Assembly (NCBI GenBank): GCA_038087875.1
Contig: CM075989.1
Coordinates: 19,592,001 to 19,656,000 of the forward strand
Length of the DNA stretch: 64,000 nt
Direction of reading: 5' to 3'
Source: Malacoraja senta
Taxonomy: Eukaryota
Part shown: positions 1-11,765 of the stretch, piece after piece
Layout: every line of letters starts with the position of its first letter
Numbering within the stretch: position 1 is the first letter of the stretch
The notes under the pieces: generated by a model
What the model was told of the DNA's origin: nothing
What the model saw: only the letters and a program-made list of their open reading frames with translations
Database searches by the model: none
Translations under genes and position numbers: made by a program

Positions 1-651
1 GAACCTGCGTCCCTGGTGCTGAAAGCGCTGTAAGGCAGCAACACCACGGCTGTGTCACCGTGCTAACTGTTTTTGTTAATAATCTGGATAAAATTGCTAA
101 CGTTAATTGAGGTGATAAAAATATAGGAAGGGAACTGTTGATGTGCTCGATAACCCCATTGATGCACTTAATTTATATTATTATGTATTTAGTCAATAAA
201 CTGCAGATACTGAACAGCTTTCACAGTAACAAATACAATTAAGTTATTAGGTCAGTAATGCATGCACTCTGTGTCTTAAGTGGCAGCATTACACCATCCA
301 TCCTTAAAATTGCCACTTCTCTGAAGTGTATGTAATGATAATAATGGATTTTCAAACAATAGGCAAGGTCACTTTCCGCAGATGGGCACGGCATTTTGAC
401 TGACCTTAGCCAGGGAATAAAAGATCATCTCCGATCTACTTGTGCTGTGTTGATATTATTTAAAGTCTGTAATTTGGAAGTCATCGCAGTTAGACCTGTG
501 TCGGAATTTTAATCCGTGTTGAAGTTCGGGGGAAAGAATGCGTTGTGTTGGCTGCACTCACCACCTGGCTGCTGCACTCTACCTTTGTGTTGGCTGCACT
601 CTCTACCTCACCCTTCGCCACCCACTCACTCACTCACTCACTATTGTATCC

Positions 652-850
652 AGGAAAGGGTGCAGAGAAGATTTACGAGGATGTTGCCGGGACTCAAAGG
701 CCTGAGCTACAGGGAGAGGTTGAGCACGCTCGGACGCTACTCCTTGGAGCGCAGGAGTATGAGGGGTGATCTTATAGAGGTATACCACACCATGAGAAGG
801 ATAGATCGGGTAGACGCACAGAGGAGTCTCTTGCCCAGACGAGGGGAATC
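652..850 (+). mobile_element. CR1/HER1-like LINE fragment (RT C-terminal region)
   Basis: Translates ERVQRRFTRMLPGLKGLSYRERLSTLGRYSLERRSMRGDLIEVY, a typical CR1 ORF2 C-terminal motif. Confidence 0.9.
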
Positions 851-1129
851 TCTCGGAGGCTGTGACTTCCGTAGGTTCGGCAAAACGGACAACCCAGAAA
901 GGCTCTGGTACCTTTCATTGTTCCGTTGCGAATACATGTGTAGTGAAGAGTTCAGTGTTGCTCATTACTCTCCTACCCACTGAGAACCCTTCGTTCCAGA
1001 ACGTGTTGATTTTTCCCTGTTTCTGACTCTTGCTATTAGTAATATTAGTACATGCATTTACAGCTGTCTCCTCAATCATCCAGAACAAGCTGCCGTAACT
1101 GATATTGACCTACTGTCAAGAAACATTTC

Positions 1130-1262
1130 TGAAAGACAGAGAGACAGGCAGGGAGAGATAAACAGGAAGAGACAGAGGGAGAGAGAGATGGACAAAGAGA
1201 CATGTGCAACGAGAAAGAAAGAGAGATAGAGACAGAGAGGGAGAATGAGGAAGCAGAGAGCA
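1130..1262 (+). repeat. GA-rich low-complexity tract
   Basis: Degenerate (GA)n/(GACA)n run. Confidence 0.8.
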
Positions 1263-1486
1263 GTGCAGCACGGTGGCACAGTGGTAGAGTTGCTGCCTTA
1301 CAGCCCTTTCAGCGCCAGAGATCCAGGTTCGATCCCAACTACGGGTGCTGTCTGTACGGAGTTTGTACATTCTCCCTATGACTGCGTGGGTTTTCTCCGA
1401 GTTCTTCGGTTTCCTCCCACACTCCAAAGACGTGCAGGTTTGTAGGTTAATTGGCTTTCTATAAATGTAAATTGTCCCTGGAGTGT

Positions 1487-1674
1487 CTCTTTTCGTGTCC
1501 ATCTTGTTACAAATGTTGGCCTCGCTGTCATCGTCCGTCCTGAAAAGGACACGAGCTTCCGGTGACAATCAGTGGGAGCCATCACTTGTCGCCATGGATG
1601 ATGGTGGTAGCAGAATTAGCTCGGGATACTTCCAGTTTCCAGCCCCGCGACGTGGACGCTTCTGCTATGGGGCT
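1487..1674 (-). mobile_element. Short non-autonomous retroposon with 5' HDV-like ribozyme (family A; Ingi/Vingi-like by inference)
   Basis: Inserted in a V-SINE; minus strand begins with an HDV fold and ends GGACACGAAAAGAGA; short possible TSD GTGT. Confidence 0.75.
1608..1674 (-). ncRNA. HDV-like self-cleaving ribozyme (predicted)
   Basis: AGCCCC-A-UAGCAGAA-GCG-UCCACGU-CGC-GGGGCU-GG-AAACUGGAAGUAUCCCGA-GCUAA-UUCUGCUA: P1 6 bp, P2 8 bp, P3 3 bp, L3 UCCACGU, P1.1 CC/GG, J4/2 GCUAA. Confidence 0.85.
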
Positions 1675-2712
1675 GTGTAGGACAGCGATAAGGTGTGTGG
1701 ATCGCTGGTCCGCATGGACTCGGTGGGCCGAAGGGCCTGTTTCCGTGTTGTTTCTCTAAACGAAAGTAAACTAAAAAAAAAGGGGAGAGGGAGATAGAGA
1801 AAGCAGAGAGAAAACAAATGGCGAGAGGGGAGAGAGGGGGCCGAAGAGAGCAGGAGAGCCTTAAGTCACACAATCTCACCGAGCCAACCACAAATTAGTG
1901 CTCGCTAAATGTCCAGGAAGTTCAGGGCTTATGAATGAATTCCAAATCTCTGATTTTCAATTGAATGCACATTGACAATAGTTGCAGAACCCTCGGTAAA
2001 GCGGATCGCACGGAAGTGGAAGGAATGCTTGATAAGTGAGCCAACCTTTAGCTGGTTTCGGATTTTACAGGTTACAATATTTCCACCCTTGGATCGGCAG
2101 AGCCAATGGGAATCGTTTACCTGCGGAGCCAGGAGGGGTGCGGCTGGCTATTGGACGGGCAGCTCCCTCTACCTAAACAAGCAGCCACATCGTTAAATAT
2201 CTATATAATGAGACAGAGTACCTCAAGGCAATTGCGGCGACTAACCCTGACTATTTAAGCACAAATGGGCTTTTACTCCAGTTGCATTGGTGCTGTCCAG
2301 CACAGGGAATGCTAAACGCTTTAGACAAGCAGAACTAATTTAAAAACATTACAAGGCCAGGAATTCTGACTGCCCTCTATTTGCAATGAAGGTCAAAAAA
2401 CCTACAAATGAAAAGACGGCTATTATATTGGCTTTCGTTCAATAGGCCCTGTCAGGGTTCATCTTCATTGCAAATAAACAGGATGCTCTACGATGCTCTT
2501 TGTGCCGTCATTTCCACATGACACTCTATAAATACTAATGGACTAGTTAATATTTTGTGGAATATGATTAGAGCTTGTGTCTGTTTACTGATGTTATGCA
2601 CAGTGAAAGGCCCTGCACGCCTTGTTTTGCTTTGGACTTTAGAGATACAGCGCGGAAACAGGTTCTTCAGCCCGCCGAGTCCGCTCCAACCAGCGGTCAC
2701 CCCGTACACTAG

Positions 2713-3063
2713 AGAATCGTAGAGTCTTACAGCGTAGAAACAGGCCCTTCGGCCCAACCTATCCACACTGGTCAACGTGCCCCATCTACACTAGTCCCAC
2801 CTGCCTGCGTTAGGCCCAGATCCCTCCACACCTGTCCCATCCATGTACCTGTTTAACTGTTTCTTAAATGTTACAATAGTAACTACCTCCTCCGGCAACT
2901 CGTACCATTCACCCACCACCCTTTGTGTAAAAAAGTTACCCCTCAGGTTCCTATTAAATCTTTCCCCCCTCACCTCAAACCTATGTCCTCTGGTTCTTGA
3001 TGCCCTTACTCTGGGCAAGACATTTTGTGTGTCTACCTGATCTATTCCTCTCATGATTTTGTA
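2713..3063 (-). mobile_element. CR1/HER1-like LINE 3' end
   Basis: RTRGHRFEVRGERFNRNLRGNFFTQRVVGEWYELPEEVV...GPNAGRWD followed by the 3' UTR. Confidence 0.9.
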
Positions 3064-3584
3064 CACTATGACTATCCTACACACTAGGGACAATTTACAA
3101 TTTTTACTGAAGCCAATTAGCCTAGAAACCTGCGTTTCCACTTCCCTCTACAGACGCTGTCTGACCTGCTGAGGTCCTCCAGCACTCAGTTTTTTACCCT
3201 GGAAATTAAAGTATATTTCCAGTGGTTCTGCCTAGAGAACGTGCCGTGTACTTTACTATTGCCAGTGTTTGCTAGCAGCACTTCACAGACTCAAAAGGTA
3301 AGTAGAGAACGCACTCTTAACTATTGTAAACAATGATCGTCATTTATTCACATAGCCTCATTTTGTTCACTTGGCCCAAAATTACACCTCAGCTTCCATG
3401 AGGTAGCCTCTGATGTTCAGGCAATCAGAGAGAAAGCAACGATATTTTTCCGCTTGGTACTTGCAGAGTTCAATGTTTGATCGTTCTAATTGTTGCTCCT
3501 AAACTATTGAGGTGAATTCCAGGTAGTCTTCAATCAATGCCTGTGTGCGGTTCCAAAAAATGTCAATTAGGGTAAAGCTACTAA

Positions 3585-3868
3585 GGGTGGCACCAGAGGC
3601 GCAGCGGTAGAGCTGCTGCCTCACATCGCCAGAAACGCTGGTTCGATCCTGACTACGGGTGCTGTCAGTGTGGAGTTTGCACGTTCCCCCCGTGACCGTG
3701 TGGGTCTTCTCGGAGTGCTTCGGATTTCTCCCACATTCCAAAGAGGTGCAGGTTTGAAGGTTAATTGGCTTCTGTAAATTGCCCCTAGTGTATAGGATCG
3801 AACTGGTGTGAATAGGTGAATGATGGGCCAAGGGGGTTGGTTTCTATACTTTATCTCTAAACTAAACT
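3585..3868 (+). mobile_element. HE1-like V-SINE
   Basis: tRNA head, V-domain, (CTAAA)n tail. Confidence 0.9.
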
Positions 3869-3951
3869 ACTATGGAGATCAGAATCACCTTAATTTTTTT
3901 ATTTTTTATTTCCCATTATCTATCCTTGAATTAATTTTTAATTAACTAGTT

Positions 3952-4566
3952 TGGTTTAGTTTGGAGATACAGCGCGGAAACAGGCCCTTCGGCCCACCGA
4001 GTCCACGCTGACCAGAGACCCCCGCACACTATGGTGGTCATTGTGGGGGGATGATTTCTGTGTGCTGTGCCTGTTAGTCCGTGTACAAGATGGCGGTCGG
4101 AGGGGAGAGTGGACGCTGGCGCGGTTTGGTCGCCGCTGCTCTCTCCTCAAATAGTGTTTCTTATTTTCTTTTGGTGCTCTTGAAATTGAATTCTGTCCTT
4201 GATTTGTGTACTGTGGTGTTTTTATATTTAATTTATTCCGATTATGTGTTTTTTTTGTTTTTTTTTGTGATTCTATGCATTGTAAGGTGTCCTTGGGTTT
4301 TAGAAAGGCGCCAGTAAATAAAATGATTATTATTATTATTATTATTACTATCACTATCACTATCCTACACACACTAGGGACAATTTACATTTATCCTAAG
4401 CCAATTAGCCTACAAACCTGTAGGTGTTTGGAGTGTGGGAGGAAACTGAAGATCTTGGATCAGGTCACAGGGAGAACAGACAAACTCCATACAGACAGCA
4501 CCCGTTGTCTGGATCGAACCCGGCGCTATAAGGTAGCAGCTCTACTGCTGCACCACCATGCAGCCC
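3952..4566 (-). mobile_element. HE1-like V-SINE, split by an insertion at about 4033-4346
   Basis: Reverse-complement tail at 3952-4032; body and head at 4350-4566. Confidence 0.85.
4033..4346 (+). mobile_element. Short bipartite non-autonomous retroposon (Rex1/L2-type 3' tail)
   Basis: CAAGATGGCG 5' motif and a 13-bp hairpin; 3' TGTAAGGTGTCCTTGGG...GAAAGGCGCC..AAATAAAATG(ATT)n tail; probable ACTAT TSD. Confidence 0.6.
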
Positions 4567-4835
4567 CTCTGGTGACATGTTTTAGGAGAATTTCTTTAAA
4601 GAGTCAATTGCAAGTTAAAACCAAACTGAAATATTGCCTTAGTAATGAAGGGGGCTTCAAGAAAAATACCAAGAGCTGAGAAAAGCTTTTCCAAAGCTAT
4701 TAGTATTTTATATTTATTCACCTCTTTCATATAGTTACCTTAAAAATGCAGTCCTTTAATTACAGCATATTAATGGCCCTAACATTTACCCTGTCACTGA
4801 TGGTCTGATCTTCATAGTTCTCTTATTAATCTTTG

Positions 4836-5060
4836 TGTAGGGAAGAACTGCAGATGCTGGTTTAAATCGAAGGTAAACACAAAATGCTGGAGTAACTCAG
4901 CGGGACAGGCAGCATCTCTGGAGAGAAGGAATAGGGGGTGTTCCGGGTCGAGACGGAAGAAGGGTCTGAAGAAGGGTCCCGACCCGAAACGTCACCCATT
5001 CTTTCTCTCCGGTGATGCTGCCTGTCCCGCTGAGTTACTCCAGCATTTTGTGTTTACCTT
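4836..5060. mobile_element. Penelope-derived palindromic short element with hammerhead core
   Basis: Inverted arms (ACACAAAATGCTGGAGTAACTCAGCGGGACAGGCAGCATC and its reverse complement); 14-bp TSD CTTATTAATCTTTG. Confidence 0.8.
4962..4997 (+). ncRNA. Minimal type I hammerhead-like ribozyme motif (predicted)
   Basis: GGGU-CUGAAGA-A-GGGU(CCCG)ACCC-GAAAC-GUC-ACCC: stem I GGGU/ACCC, CUGANGA and GAAA boxes, GUC site. Confidence 0.55.
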
Positions 5061-5312
5061 CTTATTAATCTTTGCTGTTTTAACTTTTGGCATCCCTAGA
5101 GTTGTGATAGTCTCTTCATTTATCTTTTACTTCATGTAACAACATTTGGGAGCAGGCCATTCAGCCTACATAGTCCAAGCGGATATGTATGAGCCATTTG
5201 AGTCAACGTGATCTAACTGCGATGGACTGAGATTGGAAAATCATCGCTGACATTTGGAGCACAACATTCAAACTGGAGCCATTGAAAGACAGGGCATCCT
5301 GTGATTTAATAT

Positions 5313-5830
5313 GGGTGGCATGGCGGTCGAGCTACTGCCTTACAGCGCCAGAGACCCGGATTCGATCCTGACTATGGGTGCTTGTCTGTACGGAGTTTGT
5401 ACTTTCTCCCCGTGACCTGCGTGGGTTTTTGAGATCTTCGGTTTCCTCCCACACTCCAAAGATGTGCAGGTTTGTTGGTTAATTGGCCTGGTATAAATGT
5501 AAAATTGGCCCTAGTGTGTGTAGGGTGGTGTTAATGTGCGGGGATCGCTGGTTGGTGCGGACTCGGTGGGCCGAAGGGCCTGCTAACGCGCTGCATCTCA
5601 AAGCAAACTAAACTAAACTAAAGGGCGGTACAGTGGTAGAGTTGCTGCCTACAGCACCAGAAACCCGGGTTTGATCCTGACTATGGGTGCTGTCTGTACG
5701 GAGTTTGTACGTTCTTCCCGTTACCGCATGAGATTTCTATCGGTGCATCGGTTTCCTCCCACACTCCAAAGGTTCAGTTCAGTTTCAGCCTACATGTACA
5801 GGTTTGTAGGTTAATTGGGTTTGGCAAAAA
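5313..5830 (+). mobile_element. Two tandem HE1-like V-SINEs (second one 3'-truncated)
   Basis: Two tRNA heads at about 5313 and 5622, each with a V-domain. Confidence 0.85.
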
Positions 5831-5983
5831 GCATCCTTGCCTCAGGGACAAGCAAAATTACAATGCCTGGCAATCTTTGCCTTCATGTAAAAATAGGAAT
5901 GGAAAATAATTGTAATCACAGATAGGTATTTCAATGAATGAAACATGACAGTTTTAATTTTCATCTTGTCTTTACCTGATGGA

Positions 5984-6328
5984 AGTATTTTAAATGATGA
6001 GAAGCATAGATAGGGGAGACAGTCAGAACCTTTTTCTCCAGGGTGGAAATGTCAAAGACTAGAGGGCATAGCTTTAAGGTGAGAGTGGCAAAGTTCAAAG
6101 AAGATGTAAGGGTGTTTCTGTACAGAGAATAGTGGGTGCCTGGAACCAGTTTCCAATGGTGGTGGTGGAGGTAATGACAACAGTGGATTTTAAGAGGCTT
6201 TTAGATAGGCGCATGTATATGCAGGGGATTGAGGTATATGGATCATGTGCAGGTAGATGTGATTCATTTATCTTGGCACAGACATTGTGGGCTGAATTGC
6301 CTGTTCCTGTGCTGCACTGTTCTATGTT
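5984..6328 (+). mobile_element. Diverged CR1 LINE 3' end
   Basis: TRGHSFKV...VGAWNQFP..VVEV..VDFKRLLDRRM motif. Confidence 0.75.
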
Positions 6329-6339
6329 ATGCCAACTTA

Positions 6340-6658
6340 AGGGCAGCATGGTGGCACAGCGGTAGAGTTGCTGCCTTACAGAGCTTACAGCACCAGAGAC
6401 CCAGGTTTGATCCTGGCGACGAGTGCTTATCTGCACGGAGTTTGTACGTTCTGCCCGCCACGTGCGTGGGTTTTCTCTGAGAACTTCGGTTTCCTCCCAC
6501 AATCCAGGCGTACAGTTTGTAGGTTAAATGGTTTGGCGAAAATGTAAAAAAACGTCCCGAGTGTAGGATCGTGTTAATGTGTGGGGATCGCTGGTCAGTG
6601 CGGGCTCGATGGGCCGAAGGGCCTGTTTCCACGCTGTATCTCTAAACTAAACTAAACT
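6340..6658 (+). mobile_element. HE1-like V-SINE
   Basis: Full head, body and tail, ending TATCTCTAAACTAAACTAAACTA. Confidence 0.9.
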
Positions 6659-7296
6659 AGTTTATTAAAAATTAGATAGATAATGGGATATCAAAAATGA
6701 ACGAAACTAAAACCTAAACTAAACGCAACATCCCTCCACCCCTTTTTGAAGCAAAGAAACGATGATCTCAAACCTTACAACAACAAAAAAATTCTTTGTA
6801 CATAACCTGTCTTTCATCAACTCTTGTGGACTGTTTTTTTGTTTGTAAAGATTCCTACCAACAGTTTTTCTGATAATGGACTTCAGTATTTCTTACAGTA
6901 TGGCTGTCAACCTAACAGACCTATGATTCCCAAGGCCATACTTATGACCTTTTTTTAAAGATTGAAACCTCAATAGCAAAGCCCTGGCCCTTTGTTACGA
7001 CCCCTTTGTTCAGGATAGACTGCAATATTTCCATTGCTACCATCATAATTTATTTGAATACTTTTAGATGTGCTCCATGAGGACCTGTTGTTTTAGGACT
7101 TTATGGCCATATCGCATTTTTGAACACATTTCTTGATAAACTCAAATGTAGACCCCGATCATTTTATTTACCTGTTTTTGGAACTTGGATTTTTCACATA
7201 AAAAATGTTGTTGAAAAAGAATTTTAAAACCTCCACTGGATTGTTAGCCTAAAGCTACACTTGAAAAATATATCGTTAATTTAACACTATCCTGAC

Positions 7297-7985
7297 TGCA
7301 ATTTGGTACTGCTGTAAAACTGGAAAGGGTACGGAGAAGATTTACGAGGAGGTTGCCAGGACTAGAGGTTCTGAGCTATAGGGAGAGGTTGTGTAGGCTG
7401 ATTATTCCTTGGAGCACAGGAGGATGAGGGGTGATCTTATAGAGGTGTATAAAATCATGAGAGGAATAGATCGGGTAGATGCACAGAGTCTCTTGCTCAG
7501 AGTACGTGAATCGAGGACCTGAGGACATAGGTGTAAGATGAAGGGGAAAAGATTTAATAGGAATCTGAGGGGTAACCTTTTCGCACAAAGGGTGGTGGGT
7601 GTATGGAATGAGCTACCAGAGGAGGTAGTTGAGGCAAGGACTATCCAAAGGATTAAGAAACAGTTAGACAGGTACATGGAAAGGACAGATTTGGAGGGAT
7701 ATGGGCCAAACGTGGGCAGGTGGGACTAGTGTAGCTGGGACATGTTGGCCGGTGTGGATAAGTTGGGCCGAAGTGAGTCATGTTGTCTCACTGTGACTCT
7801 ATAGAGAAGAATGGATTGGGTAAATGCACAGAGTCTCTTGCCCAGAGTAGGGGAATTGAGAACCAGAGCACATAGGTTTAAGGTGAGGGGGGAAAAGATT
7901 TAATAGGAACCTGAGGAGTAACTTTTTTTTTTACACACTGAGGGTGGTGGGTGGAGGAGGTAGTTGAGGCAGGTACTGTTGCAGC
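7297..7985 (+). mobile_element. CR1/HER1-like LINE 3' fragments (two tandem)
   Basis: RFNRNLRGNLFAQRVVGVWNELPEEVVEA...GPNVGRWD; a second partial copy starts at about 7803. Confidence 0.9.
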
Positions 7986-8367
7986 AGGCAATATATAACT
8001 TTCATATATGCAAAAAGTTGCATATCTTGCATAGTGTGGTTATCTTGCAACAAGACCACACTAAATGCCCAAGCTGTGACTATCAGTCTGAAGAAGGGCC
8101 TAAACCCAAAACGTCACCTATCCTTTATCCCCAGAGATGCTGCCTGACCTGCTGAGTTACTCAAGCACTTTGCTTTATATCACAGTTGCATATGTGACAT
8201 ATAAAGCACCTTTGAACCATTGAATTGAACATGCTAAAAATGTTTTTTGGTACTAAAATGGAAAGAGGCCATTTGAACTAGAAAGAGTTAAATTTAAGAA
8301 ACAAGTAATGCTCAAATAAATGAATGGACCTTATAAGGACACGGAGGATCATGTGAGATGATACAGT

Positions 8368-8661
8368 TTCGTTTAGTTTAGAGATACAGTGTGGAGCAGG
8401 CCCTTTGGCCCACCAAGTCTGCTCCGTCCAGCGATCCCCGCACATTAACACTATCCTACATTTGGGACTATTTTTGACATTTGTACCAAGCCATTTAACC
8501 TACAAACCTGTACGTCTTTGGAATGTGGGAGGAAACTGATTTTCTTGGAGATCACGGGGAGAAAGCACAAACTCCTGTACAGACAGGCACCCGTAGCCAA
8601 GATCTCTTGTGCTACAGACACTGTAAGGCAGCAACTCTACCACTGCACCACAGTGCCGCCC
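8368..8661 (-). mobile_element. HE1-like V-SINE
   Basis: Reverse-complement SINE consensus. Confidence 0.85.
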
Positions 8662-9102
8662 AGTTGCCTGAAAACCGTGACCAACAAGTTCAAGAACAGC
8701 CTCTTCCCAACAACCATCGGAGATATGAACAATAAACACTATCTCAACTATCATCCATGGTCCATGTCTTTGGTTGAACTCCCAACTTTGGTTTTGCTCC
8801 ATTACAGTTACATAGCATTACCGTTATTCATTTATTGTATTATTGGTTGTTACATGTGCTTTATTCCATTTACGGGCCTGTTAAGCTGCTGCTAGTAAGA
8901 ATGTAATTGATGCATTGTCAGTGAGTATGACAATTAAACACCCTTGACTCTCTTAAGGACTTTTAGAAATTAGGTGTGCACTTTCACAAATTTGGTCAGA
9001 ATTAGGAAGGCAAATTAGTCATGGAAATGTTGGAAGCAAGATAATCTCTAAGGTAAGTCTAACTTTTCCCTCTGTTCAGAACAAGCAGTGTTCATGACAA
9101 GT

Positions 9103-9423
9103 TCGTAAGATAGGAGCAGATTAAGGTCATTTGGCTCATCCAGTCTTCTCCACCATTCAACCATGGCTGATCTATCTTTCCCTCTCAACCCCATTCTCCT
9201 GCCTTCTCTCCATAACCTTTGACACCCGTACTAATCAAGAATATGTCAATCTCTGCTTTAAAAATTCCCAAATGACTTGGTCGCAGCCGTCTGTGGTAAT
9301 GAATCCCACAGATTCACCACCCTCTGACTAAAGAAATCCCTCCTCATCTCCTTTCTAAAGGTACATCATTTCATTCTGAGGTTGTCCCCTCTGATCCTAG
9401 ACTCCCCCACTAGTGGAAACATG
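9103..9423 (-). mobile_element. CR1 LINE 3' end (second subfamily)
   Basis: Reverse complement of the FFSQRVVNLW motif and the GATCAGCCATG 3' UTR. Confidence 0.8.
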
Positions 9424-10059
9424 GACCAGTAGACAAGATGAATATCAACTCCTGGAGTTTCAACAAAACCACACTAAATGCCCAAGCTGTGACTGAAGAA
9501 GGGCCTCAACCCGAAATGTCACCTATCCTTTATCTCCAGAGATGCTGCCTGACCTGCTGAGTTACTCAAGCACTTTGTGTCCTTTTGTGTAAACCAGCAT
9601 CTGCAGTTCCTCGTTTCTATGACTTGGAGCATTTGGGTTGGAGATGGCAAAGCAGCAAAGATAAGTTTAAAGGGAAAATAAAAGCAGACATTTTAAAAAG
9701 ATGCTTGGATAACCCTGGCAAGGTGTAATGGAGAGGTGGTCCATTGAATTGAGTGATGCATGCCCACACAACTTTTATCAGGCACAATACAACTCGAGCC
9801 ATCCAATGTACAGATATAAGATAAAGGGAATAATGTGAATGACGTTTAGTGCAAGATAAAGCCACTAAAGTCTGATCAAAGATAGTCCGAGGGTCTCCAA
9901 TTGCGTTAATATACGGTTTGATTGAATTCACGGTTCACAATTGTATTTACGATTCCCTTACCCTGGGAAAAAAGATTCACCTTTCAATCTTTGCTGATGA
10001 TAAATTATCTATTTGATGTAGGTGTACCACATAGTCTCAGTATTGACATTTTATTAATG

Positions 10060-10379
10060 AATCAGCATGGAAACAGGCCCTTTGGCCCACCAAGTCCGCT
10101 CTGATCATCAATCATGTATTCATACTAGTTTTAAGCTATCCCACTTTCTCATCCACGTCCTGCACACTGGGGACGTTTTACAATTTTACCAAAGCCAATC
10201 AACATACAAACCCATACATCTTTGGAACGTGGGAGGAAACCCGAACACCCGGAGAAAACCCACGCGGTCACGGGGTGAACGTACAAACTCCGTATAGACA
10301 GCACCCACCGTAGTCATGATCGAATCCGGGTCTCTGGCGCCGTGAGGCAGCAACTCTACCGCTGCGCCACTGTGCCGCC
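10060..10379 (-). mobile_element. HE1-like V-SINE
   Basis: Reverse-complement SINE consensus. Confidence 0.85.
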
Positions 10380-11289
10380 TGAGTGGGAAATGGACAGATA
10401 ATGTTTTGGGTCGGGAGCCTTTCTTCAGGGTTCTAACCTGAGAAGCTGCCTGTCCACTTCCCTCCACAGATGGTGCCTGACCCACTGAGTACCTCCAGCA
10501 CTTTGTGTATTGATGGAGTGAGGTTCGCCCGCTGCGGTATTCACTCCAAGAGGATCGATTCCTGGCCGTCCTCAGTCTCTCTGGGAGGCCAGAGACGATG
10601 TACATTGTCCAGCCCATCCACAACTGGCACTGGAAGAATCTTCACACTGGCAGAGCGCTGGATTGCTCTTCTGGTCATCAAACACCGGCCAGTTAGACAT
10701 CTGCTCATCCGAAGAGTGAGCTGTGTGAAGATAATTCTCCAAGGTGCAATCTTCTAACTGGTTTTGAGTGGCAGCTAAGGCAGTGAATTCCGTCAAAGCC
10801 TCTTTGTAATATGAACTATGACAGACTCACTGATTCTTCAGGGTTATCGGCGAGCCTAACAATATCCTCCACTATACAACACCACTGAAGGACATCAGAG
10901 AAGAGAATTCATGTTGAACTACTATAAATATGTGCAAGAAAGAACTGCAGATGCTGGTTTAATATGAAGGTAGACACAAAATGCTGGAGTAACTCAGCAG
11001 GTGAGGCAGCATCTCTGGAGAGAAGGAATGCGAGAAAGAATGGACATATAAATATGTGCAGTAGCAACCGATTCAAACAAAAGACCATGGATAATCTAAA
11101 CTTGTTTCTTGACAGCCATCAATTTATACACGACCCAGACATTTCAATAACCAGGAACAAATGACATGCTATTATATCTCTGGGTAATGCACATACATGT
11201 AAAACTCATGACATTAGTCAAACAATTACATCCCTCCCCACTCCAATTTTCATTGCATTTGCTTTTGCATAGATTGATTAACATGATAC

Positions 11290-11765
11290 GATATGAACTT
11301 TATTCGTATCATGAATAGGAGGCCAACAGTGATAAAACACAAAGGTACACAAAAATGCTGGAGAAACTCAGCGGGTGCAGCAGCATCTATGGAGCGAAGG
11401 AGATAGGCAACGTTTCGGGCCGAAACTCTTCTTCACACTGGATAAAACACAACAAGGTACATGAAACATGAAATTAATGTGACGAGTGGGAAGTCCAGGA
11501 TCGGGAATGTGCAAAGATTGGGGGGAGAGGGGTGGGGGAGGGGAAGGGTAGTCAGTCTACCCCATGACAGAAGGGGGAGGACATGTACAGTTTGATAGCC
11601 ACAGGGAAAAATGATCTCCTGTGGCGTTCTGTGCTGCATCTTGGTGGAACCAGTCTGTTGCTGAAGGTGCTCCTCAGGTTAACCAGTGTGTCATGGAGGG
11701 GGTGAGCTGTATTGTCCATGATGCTCCGCAGTTTGAGGAGCATCCTCCCCTCCAAGACCCCCTCC
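11290..11765 (-). mobile_element. Rex1/Babar LINE 3' fragment (interrupted by a Penelope-derived piece at about 11340-11433)
   Basis: RMLLKLRSIMDNTAHPLHDTLVNLRSTFSNRLVPPRCSTERHRRSFFPVAIKLY is the typical Rex1 C-terminus. Confidence 0.85.

Larger units (their letters stand above)
1263..1775 (+). mobile_element. HE1-like V-SINE, split by an insertion at about 1487-1674
   Basis: tRNA-like head (TGGCACAGTGG...GGTTCGATCC), V-domain GTTTCCTCCCACACTCCAAAGAC and GGGCCGAAGGGCCTGTTTCC tail; continuity is broken at GTCCCT..GTGT|GTAGGA. Confidence 0.9.

Noticed and set aside
850-1020. Possible exon after the CR1 fragment
   Set aside because: No recognisable product; the frames I read on the minus strand close with stops
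1263-1345. tRNA genes at SINE heads
   Set aside because: Box A/B are present, but the sequence continues into the V-SINE body and lacks a complete cloverleaf
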